From: a bacterium | Lineage (GTDB): Bacteria; Zhuqueibacterota; Zhuqueibacteria; Residuimicrobiales; Krinioviventaceae | DNA: 64,000 nt | Direction: 5' to 3' | NCBI GenBank assembly: GCA_963674595.2 | Contig: CAXXFV010000016.1 | Location: forward strand, 786,426-850,425 | Part shown: positions 1 through 10,474 of the stretch, one piece after another | How positions within the stretch are numbered: position 1 is the first letter of the stretch | How the letters are laid out: every line of letters begins with the position of its first letter | Translations under genes and position numbers: made by a program | The notes under the pieces: model-generated | Seen by the model: only the letters and a program-made list of their open reading frames with translations | Databases searched by the model: none | Told to the model about the DNA's origin: nothing

Positions 1-302
1 ACAATGATGACTGAGGAATTTTTTCTTGTACTCTAACTTTTTTTATAAACCATTCAATATCTTTTCGTCTTTATCATATTTATTTGTCCCGGGGATACTA
101 GTTTTTAATAGTTAATTATTATTTAAAAGGTTCTACTTTTCGCTTTTTCCTTTATCCGGTCGATTTATTCTAGGTGTTTATTTATCTTTAATCGAATCGG
201 TAAATGTTATTGTATTCTGTTTTCAGAAAAGGCCGTGATAGTGTTTTGAACATGACTCTGATCATAGAATGTTAAAAGTATTTATATGTTAAAAGAGGTA
301 AT

Positions 303-1361
303 ATGGGCAAAGTATTTCAGACTATTTGGGCGGCGATTTTGATGTTGAATGTCACCGTTATTTATTCCGGACAAGGGTTGTCTTATGTCCCTGAACTTGT
401 CGATGAAGAACCTAAATATGCTGAATATTTGTTTGAAAAAACAAAAATAGCAGGTCAGGACAGTTGTTGTAAGCTGATTGAAAATTTGGTTTCGGAACTC
501 GAACCAACCCTGAACAAATCCGATAGTCTTGCTATGGAAATAAAAAAAGATAAATTGGGGCAACTTTTTCCAATGGTCACTACCGAACGCTATACTCATG
601 AAATTGCGACAAAGGTCCTGTTATGGTATTATGCTCAAAATATAAATTCAGATACGGGTATTCAATTTTTATCGCAAATTTATGATTCATTGGATTGTAC
701 CTTTATTTGGCCTCTTTTACATACCTGTGCGGTTAAATGTTCTTCTAAAGCTGATGGCTTGAAAAGTGTTTTAAAAATTTTGGACCAGCGCAGATGGTGG
801 AGTTTTGTTGATGTTGAATTTTTACAGCAATTTTTACCGGATGCTAGAGAACAATTAGTCGATTATATTCGAAACTATCCGTTAAATGAAAATCCCTTAA
901 TGGGAGATATATATGGTTATGATTCTTCCGATCTTTTTGCCATACCTTATAGCGAATTTGGGCCGGTGTTTTATTATCCGTTGTATAATATTTATTCACG
1001 CATAAAATGCAGCCAATTACTGATGGATGAACATATTTTTTCAAAAAAGTTTTTGGAGCAGCAATTAACCGTTAGTGATAATTTATTTACTAAAATGACG
1101 ACAAGCGCTGCTTTATGTGCGCGAAATAATCCTAAAGGAATTAATGCGTTATCTGATATATTGGAACAGACCCGAATTATAAACAGGGGTATTATTTATG
1201 ATATTTGTTATTCTTTAAAAGGTGAAATATTAAAAAATGAAAAGGCCACTGAATTAAGCAGGTCCTTACGTACAAAATTAGATACGTTTTACTTTCCTAA
1301 AGCAATATTATTAGCCATGGTGGATGCTGTTGATGTTGAACTGGCAGGATTTAAAGAATAA
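303..1361 (+). CDS. hypothetical exported protein
   Basis: 352-aa ORF with GAGG RBS and N-terminal signal-peptide-like segment; no family motif recognised; first gene of a tightly spaced + strand run. Confidence 0.7.
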   Translation: MGKVFQTIWAAILMLNVTVIYSGQGLSYVPELVDEEPKYAEYLFEKTKIAGQDSCCKLIENLVSELEPTLNKSDSLAMEIKKDKLGQLFPMVTTERYTHEIATKVLLWYYAQNINSDTGIQFLSQIYDSLDCTFIWPLLHTCAVKCSSKADGLKSVLKILDQRRWWSFVDVEFLQQFLPDAREQLVDYIRNYPLNENPLMGDIYGYDSSDLFAIPYSEFGPVFYYPLYNIYSRIKCSQLLMDEHIFSKKFLEQQLTVSDNLFTKMTTSAALCARNNPKGINALSDILEQTRIINRGIIYDICYSLKGEILKNEKATELSRSLRTKLDTFYFPKAILLAMVDAVDVELAGFKE

Positions 1362-1387
1362 TTTATCAAGAAAAAGTTGGGAGAAAT

Positions 1388-2290
1388 ATGATACAAACTA
1401 AATCATCATCCAGAAGAAGTTTTTTAAAATGGTGTTTGTTATCAGGATCAAGCACAATATTGGGAAAATATGTGAATGCCGCTGAATCCCGTACTGATGT
1501 ATGGGTAATTCATGGAAACGATAAAATCCTGTTGATGGATAAATGCCTTGAAATTATTGGAGAAAATGGAGGTTTGGCATCAGGTACAATGGCCCTAAAA
1601 GTCAATGCCGCATGGTCGAGAACGCCTGAGCAGGGCGCTAATACCCATCCGGTTTTGGTTGATCGGTTTCTTCAGGGCGTTAAAAATCTGGGTATAACTG
1701 AAAGTGTATTGCCGGAACATGCTTGTCAGAGGGGAGAACAAACTTTTGAACGCAGTGGTATATTGCAGGTTGCTAAAAAAAACAAAACGGACATGATCGA
1801 TATGCAGCGTGAGCAAGATCATTTTGTTGAGGTGTCGATACCCTCTGCTGTAACTTTAAAACAAGCTCAGGTACCGAAAGAATTAATAGAGGCTGATGTT
1901 ATTGTCAACATGCCGGTTGCTAAGGACCATCGGGCGTCAATATTAACTATTGCCATGAAAAACTGGATGGGCTCGGTTAATGATAGAGGTGTTTTTCATC
2001 GTGAAAATTTACATCAGTGTATAGCAGATATCAGCTCTTTTTTCAAACCTTCATGGACCATAGTTGATGCCACGAGAATAATGATGGATAAAGGACCACA
2101 GGGACCAACATCCAATATGCGTTATCCGAATTTACTTGTTGTTTCCAGAGACCAGGTGGCAGCCGATGTTTTTACTTCTACGCTTTTTTATGATGATCCG
2201 ATGCAAATCGGTTACTTGAATTTGGCCCGTAAAATGAATTTGGGAGAAACAGATTTGAATAAAATGAGCCTGCATCGTATAGAGGCATAA
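1388..2290 (+). CDS. DUF362 domain protein with Tat signal
   Basis: SRRSFLK twin-arginine motif; LKVN, NMPVAKDH, LTIAMKNWMG and DQVAAD motifs typical of DUF362. Confidence 0.85.
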   Translation: MIQTKSSSRRSFLKWCLLSGSSTILGKYVNAAESRTDVWVIHGNDKILLMDKCLEIIGENGGLASGTMALKVNAAWSRTPEQGANTHPVLVDRFLQGVKNLGITESVLPEHACQRGEQTFERSGILQVAKKNKTDMIDMQREQDHFVEVSIPSAVTLKQAQVPKELIEADVIVNMPVAKDHRASILTIAMKNWMGSVNDRGVFHRENLHQCIADISSFFKPSWTIVDATRIMMDKGPQGPTSNMRYPNLLVVSRDQVAADVFTSTLFYDDPMQIGYLNLARKMNLGETDLNKMSLHRIEA

Positions 2291-2291
2291 G

Positions 2292-3488
2292 ATGAAAATA
2301 TTTCGGCGTTCAAGGTTTCCGGTAATCAGGCTTTTTATAATAGTTGTATTTATTTTTTTAACGATCCCTGTTCTTTTCCCTGTCTGGACTGTAAGAATTT
2401 GCCCTTCATCGAGTCCGTTTGTAACATTGTTGGATGTGCTTGCTCCCAGAGAGTGGTTTGTTCCTCAGTTTTGGTTTTTGCCTATGCTGGCGATTCTGGT
2501 TCTCGGACTTTTTAAGGGACGGTTCTTTTGTCGTACTATATGTCCGCTGGGAACGATTTATAAAATATTTTCCAGATGGAGTTTTAAAAAAGTAATATTA
2601 AAAAAGCGACTCAACAGGACTATTTTCTGGTTCACATTTTGGGCGGCTGTTTGTGGAACCCCAATGGTTCTTTTTCTTGATCCTTTATCAACTTTTACCC
2701 GGTTAATGACGGGAATTACCAGTTATCATTTTTGGATTATTTTAATACCCTTGTCTGTATTTGTTTTATTTTTTTTTATTCATTTCATTCAACCAATGAT
2801 GTGGTGCACACACATTTGTCCATTGGGATATTCGTTTGAATCTTCCATACGAATTCGCCAAAATGTATTATTTCAAAATGAGCGCAGGGAAATAATAAAA
2901 GGCTTTGTTCTTGCACTGCCTTCAGCCTTTCTCTTTAATAAAACAGCTTTACCTGATGAGAAAACGCAACATTTACCTGTTTTACCACCTGGTGCGGTCG
3001 ATCAGGCTTCTTTTTCCAATGTGTGTAGTCGCTGTTATGCCTGTGTTAATGTTTGTCCGACTGAGGTTATTCAAATTGGATTTTTTAAACATAGAACCCT
3101 GGGCCAGTTTTTTCAACCGGAACTGGCAACCCGCACCAGTTATTGTGATGAATTTTGCAACAAATGTTCCATTGTATGCCCAACGGGAGCAATTCGGTTT
3201 TTAAGTTTGGAAGATAAAAAGAAACAGCAAATTGGTGTTGCCGTATTGGATAAAGAAAGCTGTTTGGCCTGGGCGGATGATAAATTTTGCATGGTCTGTG
3301 ATGAATACTGCTCCTATCATGCTATTGAATTTGAATATCGGGAGGGACGTATCCCATTACCTTCCGTTAATAAAGATATTTGCAGAGGTTGTGGTAGTTG
3401 TGAATATGCATGTCCGGCAATACGTAATGGAAAAGCTATACATGTTAATGGTGTCTATAAGCAGAGAGTATTAAATAATATAGTTTAA
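2292..3488 (+). CDS. 4Fe-4S membrane protein (NapH/MauN-like membrane part fused to NapG/MauM-like polyferredoxin)
   Basis: TM helices with GRFFCRTICPLG and WCTHICPLG; LPPGA followed by four CxxC..CxxxCP-type clusters. Confidence 0.85.
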   Translation: MKIFRRSRFPVIRLFIIVVFIFLTIPVLFPVWTVRICPSSSPFVTLLDVLAPREWFVPQFWFLPMLAILVLGLFKGRFFCRTICPLGTIYKIFSRWSFKKVILKKRLNRTIFWFTFWAAVCGTPMVLFLDPLSTFTRLMTGITSYHFWIILIPLSVFVLFFFIHFIQPMMWCTHICPLGYSFESSIRIRQNVLFQNERREIIKGFVLALPSAFLFNKTALPDEKTQHLPVLPPGAVDQASFSNVCSRCYACVNVCPTEVIQIGFFKHRTLGQFFQPELATRTSYCDEFCNKCSIVCPTGAIRFLSLEDKKKQQIGVAVLDKESCLAWADDKFCMVCDEYCSYHAIEFEYREGRIPLPSVNKDICRGCGSCEYACPAIRNGKAIHVNGVYKQRVLNNIV

Positions 3489-3496
3489 GGACGACA

Positions 3497-4726
3497 ATGA
3501 GATATAATTATTCCAAAAGTTTGTTGGTAATCTATTTTTTATATGTTGTTACAATGTTTACAGGTATAAGTTGTAGTAAAGAACTTGTTTCCGGGAATGA
3601 CAAAGATGATTTTAATGGCGAGGGAACAGCTATTGCTTTAACAGGTGGAAAAATAATTGATGGGACCGGTAATAGTCGGGTTGAAAACGGTCTTCTACTT
3701 GTTAACGATGGTAAAATTGCATTTGTCGGTTCCGGTGATCAAAAACAAATACCGGAAAGTTTCAGAGTTATTAATGTAAACGGATGTACTGTTCTTCCCG
3801 GTTTTATAAATGCTCATATTCATCATGGTTATAGTGAATCAGATTTGAAAAAATGGGCCTGGAATGGTGTCACAACGGTACGGGATTTAGCGGCAAATGG
3901 TCCAAATACGGATCTAAAGGAATTAATTAAATTCAGAGACAGGGTTAATTCAAATCCAAATTGTGCGCGGTTGGTAAGTGCCGGTTTTATTTTGGCAAAG
4001 AAAAACGGTTATTGTTCTTCGTATTATAACTCTTTCAATTCCCCTAAAGAGGCCCGTCAATTGGTCATTAATGAAATAAATGCAGGAGTGGAAATTATTA
4101 AATTTGCATTAGAGGACGGATATGCAGGTGTTACAAATCTTCCGAATGCGACTGATGAAGAAATGTCGGCAATTGTCAATACAGCCCATGAATATAACAC
4201 CCCTGTTTCCGTGCATATAACAGATTCCAAGTATTTGCAAAAGGTAATCGATCTTGGAGTAGATGATGTTGCCCATATCACGTGGAATGTTGTTGACCCG
4301 GAGATTTATAAAGAAATGGTTGCCAAAAATATTTATATGGTACCGACAGTGACTGTTTTTAATTTTTATGGTTCACCAATAAACAATTGTATTACAAATA
4401 TTCGTAATTTTGTCAACGTTGGCGGCAAAATAGCTCTCGGCAATGATTATGATAACGGTTACCCGGCTGGTTATTTTGAGTTGGGTATCCCCATGTATGA
4501 GGTACAATGTATGAAAGATGCTGATATGACGCCTATGCAGATAATTGAAGCATGTACTAAAAATGCTGCTCATGTATCAAATATTATAAATGAGACAGGT
4601 ACACTGGAACCAGGTAAAGATGCTGATGTTTTAATAATTAATGGCGATCCTTTAAAAAATCTGCAAACATTAAAAGATATAAAAATGGTCATTCACCGAG
4701 GTGTCATCATTCGGGATGAGCTTTAG
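3497..4726 (+). CDS. amidohydrolase-family lipoprotein
   Basis: lipobox-like GISC; PGFINAHIH, GVTTVRD, GND, GTLEPGKDAD motifs. Confidence 0.85.
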   Translation: MRYNYSKSLLVIYFLYVVTMFTGISCSKELVSGNDKDDFNGEGTAIALTGGKIIDGTGNSRVENGLLLVNDGKIAFVGSGDQKQIPESFRVINVNGCTVLPGFINAHIHHGYSESDLKKWAWNGVTTVRDLAANGPNTDLKELIKFRDRVNSNPNCARLVSAGFILAKKNGYCSSYYNSFNSPKEARQLVINEINAGVEIIKFALEDGYAGVTNLPNATDEEMSAIVNTAHEYNTPVSVHITDSKYLQKVIDLGVDDVAHITWNVVDPEIYKEMVAKNIYMVPTVTVFNFYGSPINNCITNIRNFVNVGGKIALGNDYDNGYPAGYFELGIPMYEVQCMKDADMTPMQIIEACTKNAAHVSNIINETGTLEPGKDADVLIINGDPLKNLQTLKDIKMVIHRGVIIRDEL

Positions 4727-4821
4727 TATTTAAGGTTTTAAACAAATACTAAATAATTTGGAGCTTTTAAATGCACTGGCCGGGTAAATCCCCCTTTTTT
4801 TTATCTATTAATAACCGGAAA

Positions 4822-5535
4822 TTACTCTTTTACAGCACTGATAATTGCCAGATTTAAAAATTTCCAGGGGACTTCAATAGTTTGATAACCTGCTTGTTTA
4901 AGCCAGGAGACTTTTTCGTCAATAGTACAGACGTGATGGTCTTTACGTAAAATATGAGAGTTTGATAATATTTCAATCTGTTCTTTCGTAATATGACCGT
5001 CAATTAATGCCCGTTGTATAAATTGAATTTCAAGATCGTGAAAGACCCTGTTTACCTGGTTGTCTTCTGAGCGGAAGAATTCACAGGTTATCCAACGGCC
5101 CTGGGGTGTTAATAATGAGTTGACATGTTTGATAATGTTTTGGTGTTGTTCGAACGGCAAAAAGTCAAGCGTAAACGAAGATAAAAGAACATCGATTTCG
5201 TTAATATCCGTGTCCCAGTTGTCTGTGGAAATATCCGTTTCAACAGGAACAATACGTTCTTTAAACTCATTTAATCGTTCACGTCCTCGTTGTAATATCA
5301 TTTTATTTTTTTCAACAGCCAAAACAACACTGCTGGGGTAAAGTGTAAGCGCTCTTTGTGCCAGGTGTCCAAAACCAAAACCCAGATCAGCAATTTTAAT
5401 TTCATTTTCAGCCGGAAAATCAATCATTGATACCATAATATCATGGGCTTCGTGAAATTTTGGAATGATAAAGTGGTAAAATTTTTCCAATATGTCCAGT
5501 TCTTGAAATGAATCGTTGTTGTTTAAATTAGTCAC
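4822..5535 (-). CDS. class I SAM-dependent methyltransferase
   Basis: IADLGFGFG motif I, LTPQGRWI; overlaps the stop of the upstream gene. Confidence 0.8.
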   Translation of the reverse strand: MTNLNNNDSFQELDILEKFYHFIIPKFHEAHDIMVSMIDFPAENEIKIADLGFGFGHLAQRALTLYPSSVVLAVEKNKMILQRGRERLNEFKERIVPVETDISTDNWDTDINEIDVLLSSFTLDFLPFEQHQNIIKHVNSLLTPQGRWITCEFFRSEDNQVNRVFHDLEIQFIQRALIDGHITKEQIEILSNSHILRKDHHVCTIDEKVSWLKQAGYQTIEVPWKFLNLAIISAVKE

Positions 5536-7837
5536 TTAGATTAAACTCCATTGTTTTTGTTACTTTTTGTTCGGATTCAGGAAATTCGGCTATAACCTCT
5601 AACTGATAATGTCCGTTATTATATTTACTCAAGTCCAATGCTATATATTCTGCTGAAAATTCCTGATTGGAATATCGTTCAACTTTAATTGTTGTTTTTG
5701 GTTTGCCTCCACCAAAAATACCGGCGATTTTTGAAAAAATGTTTGATTTTTCTTTTTTCAAAAGTTTTAGATTATATTCCAGATAATAGAGAACGTTTTG
5801 GTTATTTTTCACCGGTATATTATATAATTCAAAGTATACAAAGAACGAATTATTTTTTTTAAATGCAAGTGTTGGATTCGGAATGACCTGTAATCCGTGT
5901 TTTGAAAATTTATTTTTTTTATCAAAAGGTTTTATATCTCTAGCCAGTTCAATATCGCTTATCATAACAGTCGGTTTGTTAAAGGAAACCGGAGCAAGCA
6001 GGAATTTATAGCCGCCAATGCGTTTTTGTTTGGGTATATTTGCAAAAAAACTGAGATAGTGGTTGACCGGATCAAGCTCGATGTTATACTGATCTATCCA
6101 TATTCCCAATGAATCATTTTGGTGTTTTATCGTTTGAGATAAAATATTTTTTGAAGAGTTGAACACAATGTTCCACAGTGTGTCGTGGATGCTTATTCCC
6201 AGCTCAATATTAATATCGGGTTCGTATTTTATATCATCAGACCATAGATTTTTTGTCTCAAGCCCATAATAAATTTCATATCTGTTTTTTGTGCTGTCGC
6301 CTTTAAATGAACTCATATAAAACGGTATAAAAAGCGGTGTTGTTCCTTTTTCCCATTTATGCCGGTCACTGTTTAAACCGACAAAGGTCTCTTTTTGTAT
6401 TTTTTGTTCCAGTTCAAAATTAATTTGTGTAATGTCCAGATCTGTACGTGCTGAGTACATGCGTTGGAAAACAGGGTCCCAGTTTAGCATATTTGCGGCT
6501 TGCTTTGGATCAATGGTTCCTGTTAGACGCCAATTGTTACCGGCAGCATTTTTGTCGATGGTAAAGTGAAAGATCATCTTGTCAAGATTATTTGACGAAT
6601 AATAGAGCCAGGATTCATTTGGTTGTATAGCCTTGTCGCCCACTCTTTGTTGCAATGCCTGGTCCATGGTAAATGCCTTGTTGTCCGGTTCCCCATGACG
6701 AATATAGACAAGACCTTTGTCATTGTATTTGTCGTCAAGAGAAAAAACCTTGGGGAATTTAAGTACGGCTTTTTTATCCGGATTGTTGAACCAAACTTTA
6801 AGGCCGTCATATCGGTAATTTTCATCTGCGTACATGATCCGATTCACATGCTCAATTAAACGATAGTTTATTTTTGCGGCAGGCGCCGGATTTTTCCGTG
6901 CCCACAGATTTTTTATGAAAACTTTACGTTGGTCTATTGTTTTGAGCTGTTCAAATTGTGCTAATTCGTGATCTGTAATTATATATTTAACATCCTGAAA
7001 TAACATACTTATATCGAGTATTGAATTTACAGAGTCGATTGCCTGGTAATAAAAATCCTGGGCTTTTTCATTATCTTTTTTGACGAAATTTGTTTTAACC
7101 AGGGAAAGATATATGGGGATATTTGAAAAAACAGATTCCGGGGTATTTAAAAGAAGATGAAATATGGAATCTGATTTTACAAACTGTTCATTGCGTCTGT
7201 ACAATTCTCCGATATAATAGGTGTTGATAAATGTTTGTGGTTGTTTTTTCAACCACTCATAAGAATCATCAAAATTTGTGTTTGCTAAAAGAAAATCATA
7301 ATATAAATAAAGATCTGTAATTACATACAAATCGGATGGTTTTAATTTGACCTGTATGTTTAATAAAGAGACGGCTTTTTTAAAGTTTCGGGCGTACCTT
7401 TCAAGAATACCGTACTGATAAAATACATCCTTAAAGAGAGAGTCCTGTTCGATAATATAATTGAAATGTTTTTTTGCTTTGTCCCATTCTAGTTTTCTGA
7501 AAATAAGGGCTTTAAATTTTCCTGATTCGCGATGGCTAATGCCAAGAATATATCGGGCAGTCAGGTCCTGCGGATGAATTTTTAGAACTTTATTCATCCA
7601 GTCTTTTGCGTCACCCCAGTTTGATTGATTGGCTTTAATTTGTCCGAGTGTTTTAAGAATTCCAATATCGCCGGGATTTTCCTGATGTGCCTTTTCAAAC
7701 ATTTGTAGTGCTGATTCGATCTGGCCGTTACGGTAAAGCGTTATGGCTTTATCAAGTGTTGACTGTTCCGGCTGCTGTGCAGTGATCAAATTCGCAGTTA
7801 AAAAAACAGAGCACAAAACAGTAATTATAAGTCTCAT
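5528..7837 (-). CDS. TPR-repeat GWxTD-domain protein (divergent motif)
   Basis: signal peptide, TPR-like helices, LWARKNPAP..NYRLIEH..RIMYAD and NDKGLVYIRHGEPD matching the GWxTD pattern (GWxTDRGRIYIxxGxPD). Confidence 0.75.
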   Translation of the reverse strand: MRLIITVLCSVFLTANLITAQQPEQSTLDKAITLYRNGQIESALQMFEKAHQENPGDIGILKTLGQIKANQSNWGDAKDWMNKVLKIHPQDLTARYILGISHRESGKFKALIFRKLEWDKAKKHFNYIIEQDSLFKDVFYQYGILERYARNFKKAVSLLNIQVKLKPSDLYVITDLYLYYDFLLANTNFDDSYEWLKKQPQTFINTYYIGELYRRNEQFVKSDSIFHLLLNTPESVFSNIPIYLSLVKTNFVKKDNEKAQDFYYQAIDSVNSILDISMLFQDVKYIITDHELAQFEQLKTIDQRKVFIKNLWARKNPAPAAKINYRLIEHVNRIMYADENYRYDGLKVWFNNPDKKAVLKFPKVFSLDDKYNDKGLVYIRHGEPDNKAFTMDQALQQRVGDKAIQPNESWLYYSSNNLDKMIFHFTIDKNAAGNNWRLTGTIDPKQAANMLNWDPVFQRMYSARTDLDITQINFELEQKIQKETFVGLNSDRHKWEKGTTPLFIPFYMSSFKGDSTKNRYEIYYGLETKNLWSDDIKYEPDINIELGISIHDTLWNIVFNSSKNILSQTIKHQNDSLGIWIDQYNIELDPVNHYLSFFANIPKQKRIGGYKFLLAPVSFNKPTVMISDIELARDIKPFDKKNKFSKHGLQVIPNPTLAFKKNNSFFVYFELYNIPVKNNQNVLYYLEYNLKLLKKEKSNIFSKIAGIFGGGKPKTTIKVERYSNQEFSAEYIALDLSKYNNGHYQLEVIAEFPESEQKVTKTMEFNLSD

Positions 7838-7858
7838 TGGAATCCTTTCTGTTTTTTT

Positions 7859-7887
7859 AGTATAGTTATATTTTCAGCAAGAGTCAA
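7859..7887 (-). promoter_or_regulatory. sigma70-type promoter for the GWxTD gene
   Basis: TTGACT-N17-TATACT on the minus strand. Confidence 0.55.
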
Positions 7888-7987
7888 TAGTTGTTCAAAG
7901 ATTTTTGATAAAGGGAATTTTAATGCCTGTTTGTTCTGTTAAGAAATAAATTTATCTTTTATTACCCGGAATGAGGAGGTAAGCAGA

Positions 7988-8599
7988 ATGGAATTAGTAA
8001 AAGCGATAGAAAATAGATCCACAGTACGAAATTTTACAAACGATGCCGTTGATCCTAATGATTTAAAAGAGATGGTGCAATTAGCCGGCCTGGCGCCCAG
8101 TGTTAATAATTCACAACCGTGGAAATTTATAGCTATTACAAATACAGAATTAATTGCAAAAATGGCTGAAACTGTTCATCAAAAAGTCGATCAGATGTTT
8201 CATACTGTTTCAGAAAAAGACGAACAGGTGAAAAATACCATAGATTATTTTTCAACAGTTTTTGAAAAAGCGCCCTCGGTTATTGTTGTTGTTTCAAAGT
8301 CCTATGAGGCTATAGCAGACAAGCTGTTTGACCATGACCAGATTAATAAACTACGGAATTATCCAAATATAGAAAGTATCGGGGCGAGTGTTCAGAATAT
8401 TTTATTAGCTGCAGTGGAAAAGGGTTTGGGCGCTTGTTGGCTAAGTGGATTGATGATTGCGCAACACGAGCTGGAACAGGTATTAGACATTCAGCCCCCC
8501 TGGCAATTGGCCACAGCCATTGCAGTTGGTAAACCCGCTTCAGAAACCGGGAAAAAAACCAAAAAATCTTTGGATGAAATTTTTGAATTACGTGAATAA
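7988..8599 (+). CDS. nitroreductase family protein
   Basis: RSTVRNF, APSVNNSQPW, GLGACW; GGAGG RBS. Confidence 0.9.
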   Translation: MELVKAIENRSTVRNFTNDAVDPNDLKEMVQLAGLAPSVNNSQPWKFIAITNTELIAKMAETVHQKVDQMFHTVSEKDEQVKNTIDYFSTVFEKAPSVIVVVSKSYEAIADKLFDHDQINKLRNYPNIESIGASVQNILLAAVEKGLGACWLSGLMIAQHELEQVLDIQPPWQLATAIAVGKPASETGKKTKKSLDEIFELRE

Positions 8600-8604
8600 T
8601 AAAT

Positions 8605-9102
8605 TCATTCTTTTAAAGAATCCGTTTTTGTTGTGTCTGTCTTTACCAGCTTTAATGCAAGAGAATTTATACAATATCTCAAATTTGTAGGAGCCGGACC
8701 GTCGTTGAAAACATGTCCCAAGTGTGAGCCGCATACACTGCATAAAACCTCGGTCCGCTCCATTGACAGACTTTTATCTTTTTGTTCGTTGACGGTTTTA
8801 TTGGAAATTGGCTCCCAAAAACTCGGCCATCCGCTTCCTGAATCATATTTTGTGTCGGAACTGAACAATGGATTCCCGCATGCTGCACAGGTGTAAACTC
8901 CTTTATCCGTTGTTTTATAATATTTTCCGGTAAAGGCTTGTTCCGTACCCTTTTCACGCAATACACGAAATTGTTCCGGTGACAGGCAGGTTTGCCACTC
9001 TTTATCGCTTTTTATTATTTTTTCCGTTTTAATTGTTGCCTCCTGTGCAAATAAACTATTAAATAATAAAACAGACAAGAAAAAAGCTGCTATTTTCATC
9101 AT
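8605..9102 (-). CDS. msrB: peptide-methionine (R)-S-oxide reductase with signal peptide
   Basis: [29 protein letters not shown]; N-terminal signal peptide. Confidence 0.95.
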   Translation of the reverse strand: MMKIAAFFLSVLLFNSLFAQEATIKTEKIIKSDKEWQTCLSPEQFRVLREKGTEQAFTGKYYKTTDKGVYTCAACGNPLFSSDTKYDSGSGWPSFWEPISNKTVNEQKDKSLSMERTEVLCSVCGSHLGHVFNDGPAPTNLRYCINSLALKLVKTDTTKTDSLKE

Positions 9103-9163
9103 GATAAATTCCTTTTTTACCTATTTAAACATGAATTCAGCCTGACTTATTTCCCGGCCGGTA

Positions 9164-9487
9164 TCAACCATTTATATTTTTTTCGATTTCTGATTTTAAG
9201 GCATGATATGGCAGGGCGCCGGCAACCCGCATCAACGTTTTCCCTTTATGAAACATCATAATTGTGGGAATACTGCTGATTTGATATTGAGCAGCTACGT
9301 GCTGTTTGTGATCAACATTAACTTTTATCGTTAACAGTTTTCCTTTATACTCCTGTGCAAGTTGTTGAATGACAGGTGATACCATTCGACAGGGACCACA
9401 CCATTCTGCCCAAAAATCGACAAGAACAGGAATATCTGAATTTTGGATCAATTCATTAAAGGATTTTGGTAGTTCATGCTGTGTCAT
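9164..9487 (-). CDS. trxA: thioredoxin
   Basis: DFWAEWCGPC; start moved to the ATG at 9487 behind a GAGG RBS. Confidence 0.93.
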   Translation of the reverse strand: MTQHELPKSFNELIQNSDIPVLVDFWAEWCGPCRMVSPVIQQLAQEYKGKLLTIKVNVDHKQHVAAQYQISSIPTIMMFHKGKTLMRVAGALPYHALKSEIEKNING

Positions 9488-9730
9488 TTTTACCTCTTTA
9501 TAAAGAAAATAATGTTTTACTATTTTCAATATTAGATGCATGAATTATCAAAATGATTAAGAGATTAAATATAATTTTAAAACTTTTGTCGATGTGTTAC
9601 TAAAAAATAATAGTAGTAAAGAGTGAAGCAGGTTTTTGGGGATGGTAAATTATTGTCGATATAGGACTGGTAAAAAATTAATTAGCTGAAATGTCATATT
9701 AAAGAATATGCTGTAATCAGCACTTTTCTG

Positions 9731-10429
9731 TTAAAAAGTTATGCTGATTTTTAATAATGCCGGATTTTGTACATTTTCAACGTTTTTGTATTTATCCTTG
9801 TACAATTCTCCAAAACCGTTACCGATGAGTGTGCCTAATAAGGCTCCGGTCAAAACGTCGGACAACCAATGCTTGTTGTCATAAATTCGCTGATAGCCGG
9901 TTAATGAAGCAATAATATAGGCAGGAATTCCGACCGAGTTGCCGTAGATTTGTTGTAACGTTGCGGCTACCACAAATGACGTCGACGTATGCCCTGATGG
10001 GAAGGAATGATAATCTTGTTTCCCGGGTCTTTGACGGCGACAGATATGTTTTAATACAAAAGTGACTGCAAGGTTTGCTGCATAAGCTTCTCCCATAATT
10101 TTAGCACGGTTCCAGGTTTTACTGCCGTGATAATTATTTGCCCAACTGTCTGTTAGTATGTAACCTTCTGCAATGAAAAAATTACTGCCAAAACCATAAA
10201 TGTCAAAAATTTTGCTGGTTGTATTATTAAGATATTTGTTGGTAAATTTTTCTTTTACAGGATGATCCAGTTTTGACGCCAGGGCAATGCCACCGGCAAA
10301 ACCAAGCCATGCTGGTTTGTCGAAAAAAGCGTTGTTAAATCCGTCTTTAAAATCGTTGGAATAATCTTTGAATGAATCTTGTGAGTATAAACTTCCTGTG
10401 AAAAGTAATAGAATTAATAATTTTTTCAT
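9731..10429 (-). CDS. PAP2-family phosphatase
   Basis: KxxxxxxRP, SFPSGH, RxxxxxHWLSD motifs. Confidence 0.9.
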   Translation of the reverse strand: MKKLLILLLFTGSLYSQDSFKDYSNDFKDGFNNAFFDKPAWLGFAGGIALASKLDHPVKEKFTNKYLNNTTSKIFDIYGFGSNFFIAEGYILTDSWANNYHGSKTWNRAKIMGEAYAANLAVTFVLKHICRRQRPGKQDYHSFPSGHTSTSFVVAATLQQIYGNSVGIPAYIIASLTGYQRIYDNKHWLSDVLTGALLGTLIGNGFGELYKDKYKNVENVQNPALLKISITF

Positions 10430-10474
10430 TCTTACCCGTCTGTTTGAATTTTCCTGTACTGCAAATTTTGTTCG

